A stretch of DNA of 64,000 bases, taken from positions 10,891 to 74,890 of the forward strand of contig DROQ01000134.1 in NCBI GenBank assembly GCA_011321845.1, in the 5' to 3' direction. Of this stretch, positions 17,835 through 25,894 are shown piece by piece (position 1 is the stretch's first letter; every line of letters begins with the position of its first letter). A program made the translations under genes and the position numbers. Under the pieces are notes generated by a model. It did no database searches. It had not been told where the DNA came from and was given only the letters and a program-made list of their open reading frames with translations. This DNA is from Planctomycetota bacterium. Lineage in GTDB: Bacteria; Planctomycetota; UBA1135; GCA-002748355.

Positions 17835-19250
17835 TTAGAACTTGCGTCGCTTGTGGTTTTTTCCACCCGGGTCGCAGTTGTAGTAAAAGGTTCCGTTCAC
17901 CATGGCCCGGCGGACATAGTTGCGGGGGTCGAGGGGATCTCCAGTCCAGAGGACGAGGTCAGCGTCTTTGCCCACCTCGATGCTTCCGACCCGGTGGTCC
18001 GCGCCGATGAATCGGGCGGGGTTGATCGTGAGTCCCCGGATCGCGTAGGAGTCGGGCAGCCCGAGACGCACTGCCATGGCCGCTTGGACCGAGAGTTCCT
18101 CCTGGGGGACGACAGGGGCGTCCGTGTTGATCGCGATGCCATCCCGGCCGACCCCCGGGACTCCCTCGGGCCAGCCCAGCTTGCCTCCGAGAGCCCATCC
18201 CGCCGCAAGGCCGATGAACCGGCTGGTGTCACGATCGAACTGGTACTGCCGCGGCCCCAGGGCGATGGGGACTCCCCGCTTGAAGGCTTCTCCCGCCAGG
18301 CGGTAGGCGTCGAAGGTTCCGTGATCCACAAAGGTCCAGAGCCCGAACTCGTCGTGCAGCTCTCTCAGGGTTTCCAGGCAGACCTGGTAGGCCTGGGTGT
18401 GGACGCTGACGGGATACTCGTTGCGGAAGAGGCCGCGCAGGTATTCGAGGTCGGGTTGGAACTCGGGCTTTTCCTTGAGCTTGCCCGCGTCGTAGGCCTC
18501 CCATTTCTGGTAGTAGGCGCGCCCTCGCTCGAACATGGCCCGTAGGCCGAAATTCATGCCGATCCTCCCCGCGCCCATGTCCCCCGCGCGGCGCTCGGGG
18601 TTGCCCGCCTGGGCGACCTTGAGACTGCCCGGGAAGCGGATCAGGGCTTCGCTGGCGCTTCTGCCCGCAGTCTTGGTCAGAGTGCCGAAGCCTCCCGAGT
18701 TGGAACCCGAGCCGGGGATGTAGAGGACGGAGGTCACTCCACCGGCGAGGGCGCGCTTGATCTGTGGATGGTGGATGCCGACCAGGTCGAGGGTCCGAAA
18801 CTCGGGGTTGGTCGGATGGACGGTGTCGTTGAGGTCCCAGCCCGCCCCCGCGATGTGGCAGTGCAGGTCAACGAACCCTGGGAGCAGCCAGCCATCCCCC
18901 AGCTCGACTCTTTGGTAGCCTTGGGGGATCTTGATTTCCGAGGCTGGTCCCACGGCAAGGATCTTGCCCCGGTGGACCAGGACCACCCCGTCTTCGATGG
19001 GGGCTGAGGTCACAGGGAGGATGCGGCTCGCGAAAAGGGCGAGGTCCTTCGAATCGAAATCCTTGGGACCCCATTTGGCCACCTTGTAATCCTTTTCCTC
19101 CTTGGGCCGGTGCCCGAAGTCGATCTTGAAGGTCGCGGCCTGGGCCGGGCTCTTCCTGGGAGAAGTATCCTTCTCCTGCCCCAAGAGAGGAGAGAGGAGA
19201 AGGGTGGCGGTGAAAAAGACGGTGTAAGGGTTCTGGATCCGATGCATCAT
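17835..19250 (-). CDS. Secreted amidohydrolase, module 7. This is the only member with an intact HxH metal motif.
   Basis: LLPGFVDLHCHI (D-x-H-x-H). Later candidate ligands are VSVHTQ, FVDHGT and AINTDAP. C-terminal DHRVGSIEVGKDADLVLWTGDPLD. ATGA overlap with the upstream gene (ATG 19250, TGA 19249-19247). Confidence 0.85.
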   Translation of the reverse strand: MMHRIQNPYTVFFTATLLLSPLLGQEKDTSPRKSPAQAATFKIDFGHRPKEEKDYKVAKWGPKDFDSKDLALFASRILPVTSAPIEDGVVLVHRGKILAVGPASEIKIPQGYQRVELGDGWLLPGFVDLHCHIAGAGWDLNDTVHPTNPEFRTLDLVGIHHPQIKRALAGGVTSVLYIPGSGSNSGGFGTLTKTAGRSASEALIRFPGSLKVAQAGNPERRAGDMGAGRIGMNFGLRAMFERGRAYYQKWEAYDAGKLKEKPEFQPDLEYLRGLFRNEYPVSVHTQAYQVCLETLRELHDEFGLWTFVDHGTFDAYRLAGEAFKRGVPIALGPRQYQFDRDTSRFIGLAAGWALGGKLGWPEGVPGVGRDGIAINTDAPVVPQEELSVQAAMAVRLGLPDSYAIRGLTINPARFIGADHRVGSIEVGKDADLVLWTGDPLDPRNYVRRAMVNGTFYYNCDPGGKNHKRRKF

Positions 19251-22069
19251 TTGTTCTCCCCTGCGTTTTCCTGGAGGCCGTTCGCGGTCTTGGCGCTGTT
19301 GTCCACGGCCAGCTTTCCATGCACCCATACTTTGAGAATCCGGCTGCGAAGATCGAAGGGGTCCCCACTCAGGAGGACGAGGTCAGCGTCGCAACCTCGG
19401 TCGATCCTGCCGATCCTTTTGTCCAAGCCGTAACCCGCCGCGGGTGCACCGGTAATGGCCTTGCGCGCCTGCTTGGGGCTCATGCCCTGAGAAACCGCCC
19501 AGGCAGCGTGGACGGGAAGGAACTTGGTTCCTGCCTGCGCCCTTGTAATCAGGGCGATGTCCAGTCCCTGGCGATCCAGAGCGTCCGCGAGGGAGTGGTA
19601 GACCCCCTTCTCCATGTAGCCCAGTTCCTCGGGGCGGAGAAGAATCGTCAGCCGCGTTCCCTTGGGGAGCTTGAGGGGGTGTTCGGCGATTTCACGAGCG
19701 GATCCCTGGAGGACGAGCTGGAGTTTGGATTGGACCAGGACGCTGTCCACGGCGGCCTGGGCCGCGTCCCGGTTGGCGCAGCTGACGACCAGAGCGGCCC
19801 CGTCCTCGAAGACCGCCCGGAAAGGTTCCAGGCTCTTGTTGGTCTTGTCCTTGGTTTCCTCCTCCGGTTCGCTTTCGGCTTTGCTTGGGCTCCCTCCTCC
19901 TTCGGTCCTGTCCAACTCAAAGGTGATGGGGATGGGGACGGGAGCGTTCTTGACACTTCCTTCCATGTGATCCCCCGAAACCTCCGCTTCGATGTTCACA
20001 GAAGCGCCTTGAATTTTGGCCTTGAAGGTCAGGCGGGGAGGGTTCCAGTCCCCGGTGAGTTGGATCTTGCGAGGCCCGGTCATTTTGGCCTGAAGGGTCG
20101 CTTGCACCTTGGAACCGTTCAGACTCATGATCACCTTGAGTTCCGAACGCATGCTTCCTGCTTTGACCGTTCCCTTCCAGGTCCCGCTGATGGGATCCTT
20201 CTTCTGCTTCTTGGGTTTGGGGCTCGGGGCGGGCTTGGCCTTTGCGACCTTTTTTGGGTAGAGGTAGTCCTTGGCTTTTTTGAGGATGCCCTGGATCTGC
20301 GCCACCCCGCTCTTGCCTCCCCGGGAGAGGAGCAAGCGGATGCCCGCAATCTCCTTGAGCACAAAATCCTCCCGGTCCCCCTTGGGGTCCAGGTAGGTTT
20401 TGACTGCAGGAACGCGGGAACTGACCGGACCCGAATCGTCCGGGCTTACGAAAAGGGTGGTGATCCCCGCCTCGAGGGCGTCTCGAAAGGCGGGATCCCT
20501 CGGATCCAGGGCCGCGGCCACGTCGACACTGGTCGAGGCGGTGATCCTGGTCCCGGAACTCTGGTGGAGGCCAAGCTTGGAGGCGGCCGCGATCATGCCG
20601 GGCATGAGGACGGCGCTGGGAAACTCGAGGATCTTGGCGCCGGGTGGGATCAGGGCTTCGGGACCGAAGTCGAGGATCTTGCCGTCCTGGACGACGACGA
20701 GGGAATTGTGTTGTTCGGTTCCATTTCCCAAGAGGATGCGCCCGCAGCGGAGGGCGAAGGTCTCCCGCACCCTCTTTTTCGCATAGGCGTTCTTGCCGTC
20801 CACCCAGACTTCGAGGATGCGGGTGCGGGCGTCGAAGGGGTCCCCGGTGAGAATGATGAAGTCGGCGTCCTTGCCTTCTTCGAGAGAACCGATCCGGTCG
20901 GCGACGCCGCTGGCTCTCGCGGCTTCGAGGGTGATGGCCTTGATGGCTTCGTGTTCCGGGAGGCCGTAGCGGCAGGCCAGGCCCGCGAGCATGAGGAGTT
21001 TGTCCAGGTCGCGGTCCGTGCCGGGGACGAGGGCGATCGGCACACCGGCCTTGGAGAGGATGCCGGCTGTAGCCGGTGCGTTGAAGGGCTTGCCTCCCGG
21101 GATCCGGTAATCCCCCTGGAGCGGGTGGGCGGGATCCAGGGGGAGGCTCAAGATGGTGGTGACGGCTTGCTTCCCCAGCTCCGCCTTGAGCGCGGCGGCT
21201 TCGAGAGGACGATCCAGCACGATCGAGGCTCCAAGGCGCCTGGCGAGGTCGAGACCCTGCAGGATCTCCCCCGTGGTCTCCGCGTGGAGGTGGATGGGGA
21301 GCTTGCCCTGGGTGACCGCCCGGAGCGGACCGAGGTCGGTCCTCTTGCCGAACTCCGGGGTGGTCCGGAGCTTGGGATCCTTGGCGAGGTCGAAGGCTTT
21401 TTCCAGGATCTCGATCTGACTGGAAAGGCTGGTACCCCACTGCTTGCGGGCAGGGCGGAGGGGATTGTCCGCGGTGGGGGCCGCAACGGGCTCGAACACG
21501 GGAGGGGGGACCCTCGAGTTCCGGGTCAAGTTGATATCGAGGCCGGCGGCGTTGGAAAGGCTGCGGGCGGCCTCCCCGGGACCCGCGAGCTTGACGACGG
21601 AGCCCAGGCCGGGGACGAGCCGGCTTTTTCCGGGAGAAAGGTACATCGAGGTGATGCCCCCGGCGAGGAGCCTGCTGTGATCCGCGAAGGAGTCGAAGTT
21701 GTCCTCGGCCACGAGGTCGGGCCGGATGTTGTCCTCCACGTCCCGGGCGGCCAGGCCTGTGTAGGCAGCGACGATGCCCGGCATGAGGGTGTTCCGGGAG
21801 GCGTCGATCACCTTGGTCCCCTTGGGGATGGGGCCCTTGTCCTTTTGGATCTTGAGGATCTTGCCATCCTGGAGGTAGATGCGAACTCCCTCGAGGACAC
21901 GACCGTCGCCCACGTAGACCCGGCCCGCGCGGATGCAGGTGCTCGGAACCTGGGCGCTGGAGGTTTTGGCCTCCGGAGCCTTGGGGGTCGTGGATTGTGC
22001 GGGGACCGCCAGGGAGAAGGCCCCGAGGCAGAGGCCTCCCAAGCTGGATTTCAAGAGTCTTCCCCTCAT
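19247..22069 (-). CDS. Secreted fusion of two amidohydrolase-fold modules (modules 5 and 6, both lacking HxH), with an embedded small beta-sandwich-like insert
   Basis: Signal peptide MRGRLLKSSLGGLCLGAFSLAVPAQS. Two lead-ins (MPGIVAAYTGL and MPGMIAAASKL). Two C-terminal signatures (ADRIGSLEEGKDADFIILTGDPFD and DKRIGRIDRGCDADLVLLSGDPFD). Insert ISGTWKGTVKAG...VSGDHMEGSVKN. Confidence 0.75.
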   Translation of the reverse strand: MRGRLLKSSLGGLCLGAFSLAVPAQSTTPKAPEAKTSSAQVPSTCIRAGRVYVGDGRVLEGVRIYLQDGKILKIQKDKGPIPKGTKVIDASRNTLMPGIVAAYTGLAARDVEDNIRPDLVAEDNFDSFADHSRLLAGGITSMYLSPGKSRLVPGLGSVVKLAGPGEAARSLSNAAGLDINLTRNSRVPPPVFEPVAAPTADNPLRPARKQWGTSLSSQIEILEKAFDLAKDPKLRTTPEFGKRTDLGPLRAVTQGKLPIHLHAETTGEILQGLDLARRLGASIVLDRPLEAAALKAELGKQAVTTILSLPLDPAHPLQGDYRIPGGKPFNAPATAGILSKAGVPIALVPGTDRDLDKLLMLAGLACRYGLPEHEAIKAITLEAARASGVADRIGSLEEGKDADFIILTGDPFDARTRILEVWVDGKNAYAKKRVRETFALRCGRILLGNGTEQHNSLVVVQDGKILDFGPEALIPPGAKILEFPSAVLMPGMIAAASKLGLHQSSGTRITASTSVDVAAALDPRDPAFRDALEAGITTLFVSPDDSGPVSSRVPAVKTYLDPKGDREDFVLKEIAGIRLLLSRGGKSGVAQIQGILKKAKDYLYPKKVAKAKPAPSPKPKKQKKDPISGTWKGTVKAGSMRSELKVIMSLNGSKVQATLQAKMTGPRKIQLTGDWNPPRLTFKAKIQGASVNIEAEVSGDHMEGSVKNAPVPIPITFELDRTEGGGSPSKAESEPEEETKDKTNKSLEPFRAVFEDGAALVVSCANRDAAQAAVDSVLVQSKLQLVLQGSAREIAEHPLKLPKGTRLTILLRPEELGYMEKGVYHSLADALDRQGLDIALITRAQAGTKFLPVHAAWAVSQGMSPKQARKAITGAPAAGYGLDKRIGRIDRGCDADLVLLSGDPFDLRSRILKVWVHGKLAVDNSAKTANGLQENAGENK

Positions 22070-23388
22070 TTGCCTCGACCTCCTCCGGCCGAGGTCCGGC
22101 TGCCCTTGACTCCGGTCAGCGCCTTGACACGGGGGTCCTTGCTCCGTTGGTAGATCAGCTTGCCTCCGGCCAGCAGGTGGGTTACCACGCTCTCAGGTTC
22201 GAAGGGGGGCGCGGAGCGAACCTGGATAAAGGCTTCCATTCCCTTTTGGATCTTCCCCACCCGCCTGGAGAGCCCGAGAACGGCGGCGGCCTCAGTGGTG
22301 AATCCTTCGAGAGCTTTTTCGGGACTCAGGCCGTAGCGGATGGCGGTTCCGCATTGCCAGGTGGGGTAGTTCAGGGTTGGGCTCGAGCTGCGTCCCCAAC
22401 GCCCGGAGGTCGCGGGGGTGGTCAGGGCGAAACGAAGACCCGCGTCGGCGAAGACCCGGGCCGGGCTGACCCGTTTCTGGTCCTTGGTGATGGGGTCGGT
22501 TTCGATGATCTCCAGATTGGGATCCAGGACCAGGGGAATCCCCCGCAGCTTGACAAAGGGCTGGAGGAGCTTGACCGCCTTGTAGCAGTCTCCCCCCAGA
22601 ACAAAGGTCACGGGGAAACGGAAGCGCTGGCAGAGCCGGATGGCCGCGGGCACATCCGTCGCTCCGGGGATGTAGAGCATGGCGCGGATCTTCCCCTCGA
22701 GGAGGTCGACCAGGGGTTTCTTGAGGGGATCGAGAACCTCTTCGAATTCCTTCTTGGTGGTGGCTCCGTTGGCCTTGTCCTCCTCGAACTCTTTCTTTCT
22801 CCGTTCGAAGTCGCTCTTGGCGTTCTTGGCATCCTCCAAGGCGGTCAAGATGGTTCGGTAGTGATCCGCCCTGCTTCCCCGTGTCGGTTTGAGAGAGATC
22901 TTCAGGACCGAGGGCTCGAGGATCTGCATTTCCTCCGGGGTTTTTCCCCAGGGTTGGAAGACTCCGCCTGTTCCCCCGATGGCGCAGGCGTTTCCGGGGA
23001 CGACATGGATCACGCCGTACCCCGCGCGCCGGCAGTTCTCGAAGAAGGTGTCGACGGGGTTGATGGAGTCCATCACGCTGAGGAAGGGGGTCACAGGCAT
23101 GGACTCATTTTCCCTGTCCATTCCTCCCGAGCCGTGGGCCAGCACGAAGGCGGGCATCACGTATCCCTTGCGGGCGTCGATGACGCGGGCGTTCCAGGGG
23201 ACTTGGATGTCCTTGCCGATCTCCCGGATCTTGCCGTCCTTGATCAGGATGGTCACGTTCTCGAGAGTGCTCCCCGGCTCGAGCATGACCTTGCCCGCCC
23301 GGATGGCGAGCTGGTCCTGGGCCTTGGAGGCCGGGCCGAGGAGGAAGGGGGTGAGGGAAAGGAGCGAAACTGCGAGGAGCTTGTTCAT
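22066..23388 (-). CDS. Secreted amidohydrolase-fold protein, module 4 (HxH absent)
   Basis: The ATG at 23388 opens signal peptide MNKLLAVSLLSLTPFLLGPASKAQ. An alternative TGATG-coupled start at 23463 would add 25 non-signal residues. YVMPAFVLAHGSG in place of HxH. Degenerate C-terminal SRRVGKIQKGMEAF. Confidence 0.7.
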   Translation of the reverse strand: MNKLLAVSLLSLTPFLLGPASKAQDQLAIRAGKVMLEPGSTLENVTILIKDGKIREIGKDIQVPWNARVIDARKGYVMPAFVLAHGSGGMDRENESMPVTPFLSVMDSINPVDTFFENCRRAGYGVIHVVPGNACAIGGTGGVFQPWGKTPEEMQILEPSVLKISLKPTRGSRADHYRTILTALEDAKNAKSDFERRKKEFEEDKANGATTKKEFEEVLDPLKKPLVDLLEGKIRAMLYIPGATDVPAAIRLCQRFRFPVTFVLGGDCYKAVKLLQPFVKLRGIPLVLDPNLEIIETDPITKDQKRVSPARVFADAGLRFALTTPATSGRWGRSSSPTLNYPTWQCGTAIRYGLSPEKALEGFTTEAAAVLGLSRRVGKIQKGMEAFIQVRSAPPFEPESVVTHLLAGGKLIYQRSKDPRVKALTGVKGSRTSAGGGRGK

Positions 23389-23462
23389 CGGTACCAAAAG
23401 GTTGAAGGAACGAAAGATACGGTGCTGGTTCTTGGAGGAAGGACCTTGGATCGGGAGGTTCA

Positions 23463-24680
23463 TCAGCGCTTGGCCTCCCCTTGGACGGTTCTCCCTGAAA
23501 TCAGGACCCTCACGGGGTGGCTGCCCAGGGAGAGAGGATGTCCCGACCAGAGAACGAGGTCGGCGTCGAGACCCTTTTTGATGCTGCCTACGCGATCGGC
23601 GATCCCCAGGATGTCCGCGGGGACGGAGGTGACCGCCGCGAGGGCCTGCTCTCGGCTGAGGCCGCCACGCACGGTGAAGGCCGCCTCCTGGATCAGTGGG
23701 AGCCTGGTGATTCCGCGCCCCGTCTGGATCGCGAAACGGATCCCTTTTTTGGCGAGAAGGGTTGCGGTGTCCAAGTGGGGGGTGGCCCCGTCGGGGACCA
23801 GGCTCGCCGAGGGGGCGGTGAGGAGGACGGGGAAACCTGCCTTCTCGAGCTGGTCCAGTGCGAAGTAGGCCTCGGAGGCCCCGTCGATGACGATTTTGAG
23901 CCCGAACTCCCTGGCCAGCCGGAGAGCGGTCCGGATGTCCTGATCGGCCCGGGCCGTCATGCGGCAGCGGATCTTGCCTTGGAGGGTGCCCAGGAGGACC
24001 TTGGTTCCCCGGTCGGGTTCGCGGCGGACCTTGGTGTCCCGATATTTCATGGCTTTGTAAAAGGCTCGGCGGATCTCCCAGATGGTTCCCATGCGGGTCG
24101 TAGGCCTGCGGTTGTAGAGGGAAGTGGGCTTGCCCCAGCGGGGGGGGCGGTTGCCGTATCCCGGCAGGGTGCCGAGAGTGACGCGGAGTCCGCTCCCTGA
24201 TTTCAGGAGGCGCTCCTGGAGGGGTCCCCCGGTCTTGAGGATGGCGTCGAGGCCTCCGATGACGTTGTAGCCACCCGGACTGACGCAGGCCGTGGTCACC
24301 CCGTTCTCGAGGGCGAAGCGGAAGGCGGGGCTCTTCAGGTCGATCGCGTCCTTGACCTGGATGGCCGGGGTGACTTCTTCGGACTGTTCGTTTTCCTGGT
24401 CGCTCGGGAGGCCGAGGGCGGTGTTGGCGTCAACGAGGCCGGGGGTGAGGAAGAGCCCGCTCGCGTCGATGACCTGGTCACTGGGCAGTGGTTCGACCTT
24501 GCCGACGGCCTGGATCTTGCCGTCCACGATGCGAACCGAGATCCCCTTGGTGAACCCTCCCTCACCCGTGAAGACCTGGGCTCCCTGGATGACGATCGGT
24601 TTCTCCTGGGCTCCGCCCGAGGCACAGAGGAGGGTAGCGAAAAGGCCGGACAACAGCCATTGCTGCGCTTGTGTGTTCAT
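23463..24680 (-). CDS. Secreted amidohydrolase-fold protein, module 3 (HxH absent)
   Basis: The ATG at 24680 gives MNTQAQQWLLSGLFATLLCASGGAQ. LTPGLVDANTALGL in place of HxH. C-terminal ADRVGSIKKGLDADLVLWSGHPLS. Confidence 0.75.
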   Translation of the reverse strand: MNTQAQQWLLSGLFATLLCASGGAQEKPIVIQGAQVFTGEGGFTKGISVRIVDGKIQAVGKVEPLPSDQVIDASGLFLTPGLVDANTALGLPSDQENEQSEEVTPAIQVKDAIDLKSPAFRFALENGVTTACVSPGGYNVIGGLDAILKTGGPLQERLLKSGSGLRVTLGTLPGYGNRPPRWGKPTSLYNRRPTTRMGTIWEIRRAFYKAMKYRDTKVRREPDRGTKVLLGTLQGKIRCRMTARADQDIRTALRLAREFGLKIVIDGASEAYFALDQLEKAGFPVLLTAPSASLVPDGATPHLDTATLLAKKGIRFAIQTGRGITRLPLIQEAAFTVRGGLSREQALAAVTSVPADILGIADRVGSIKKGLDADLVLWSGHPLSLGSHPVRVLISGRTVQGEAKR

Positions 24681-24685
24681 TGGAT

Positions 24686-25894
24686 CTACTTTTCTCCCTG
24701 ATTGGAGTTTTTCTTGGGCTGGGTCCTGGTCTTCCAGACCACCTTGCCGGAGCGGACCACGCAGAGGAGTTTGCTGCGCAGGTCCCAGGGGTCTCCGCTC
24801 CAGATGCAGAGGTCGGCGCGGCGGCCCTTGAGGAGGCTGCCCACCTGATCCTGGATTTTGAGCAGGGAGGCGGGGACCGAGGTCAAGGAGGCGAGGGCGA
24901 GCTTGGGGTCCAATCCCTGCCGGACGGCGGTCCATAGGGTGAAGCCGAAGCGCGGCAGGCCGGCCTTGTCGAAGCCTTCGCCGCTGAAGGCGAAGGGGAT
25001 CTTGGCTTTGGCGAGCTTGAGGGGGAGGCGGAGGGCTTTTTTGGAGCTGTTGGGGCTGAGGGGGTCGAGGACGACTCCGATCTCCAGCTCCTTGATGCGG
25101 GGGAGGCTGAGGGCGGCCTCGTTGGCGTGAATGAGGAATCCCTCGAGCTTGTCCTCCTCGAAGAGGTCCAGCGCGGCTTGGATCTGGGGGAGGGTCCGGC
25201 AGGCGATGCCCACCACCCGGCCTCCTCCCAGCGCGGAAGCGAAGACGGAGAGCACCGGGTCGTTTCCCTTCTCAAGAGGGTTTCTGGCGTCCTCAAAGCT
25301 GTTGCGCAGGATGTCGACCGCTCCCAGGAGACTGGTGGGGGGGCGCCCCCGGTTGAGCACCGCGTTGGTGAGGGAGAGCTTGAGATAGGCTTCTCCCTGG
25401 GCTGTGAGGGAGGAGGGCCCTGGCTGGATCCAGGCTGCGCTGCCCCCGGCCAGGTTCCCGTCGTCGGGGGCCAGGGCGATGGTCGTGACGCCGCGGCGCA
25501 GGAGGGCTTTCCAGCGAGGGGCGAAGGGGTCGTAGGCGCTTTTTGCGTTCCATTTTGGAGCCATCGCGAAATTCCGCTCCCGCAGCTCCCCCGCTCGGGC
25601 GAGATCGGGGGGGAGGCAGTGGATGTCGATGAAGGCTGGTGTCACGACCGCTCCCTCGTAGACCAGTTTGTTCGGGGTCAGGGAGTCGAAGGGGAGGTCT
25701 CCCGGCTTTCCGCTCCGTTCCGCAACATCCTGGATGCGCCCCTTCTCGATCAGCAGGCTGCCTCTGGCCAGGACCTGTTGACCGGAGAGATGGATCCTTC
25801 CCGCGCGGACGACGAGCCGTTCTTGGGCGTGGGTCCTGGAGAGGAAGAGGGAGAGAGCGAGGAGGGGGAGGAACCCCCGCAGCTGAACCTTCAT
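24686..25894 (-). CDS. Secreted amidohydrolase-fold protein, module 2 (only the first His retained: IDIHCL)
   Basis: Signal peptide MKVQLRGFLPLLALSLFLSRTHAQ. VVTPAFIDIHCLPP. C-terminal QDQVGSLLKGRRADLCIWSGDPWD. ATGA overlap with the upstream gene (25894/25891). Confidence 0.75.
   Translation of the reverse strand: MKVQLRGFLPLLALSLFLSRTHAQERLVVRAGRIHLSGQQVLARGSLLIEKGRIQDVAERSGKPGDLPFDSLTPNKLVYEGAVVTPAFIDIHCLPPDLARAGELRERNFAMAPKWNAKSAYDPFAPRWKALLRRGVTTIALAPDDGNLAGGSAAWIQPGPSSLTAQGEAYLKLSLTNAVLNRGRPPTSLLGAVDILRNSFEDARNPLEKGNDPVLSVFASALGGGRVVGIACRTLPQIQAALDLFEEDKLEGFLIHANEAALSLPRIKELEIGVVLDPLSPNSSKKALRLPLKLAKAKIPFAFSGEGFDKAGLPRFGFTLWTAVRQGLDPKLALASLTSVPASLLKIQDQVGSLLKGRRADLCIWSGDPWDLRSKLLCVVRSGKVVWKTRTQPKKNSNQGEK

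Noticed and set aside
19319-22153. 944-aa plus-strand ORF opposite the amidohydrolase fusion gene. Similar cases are 14562-16343, 16543-17838, 21997-23868 and 26116-27513.
   Set aside because: All are antisense to genes carrying amidohydrolase signatures and signal peptides. Their translations are Gly/Asp/Arg/Pro-rich and lack motifs.
23389-23463. Alternative TGATG-coupled start for amidohydrolase module 4 at 23463
   Set aside because: It would place 25 non-hydrophobic residues in front of an otherwise typical signal peptide. I preferred the ATG at 23388, but this cannot be excluded without experimental data.
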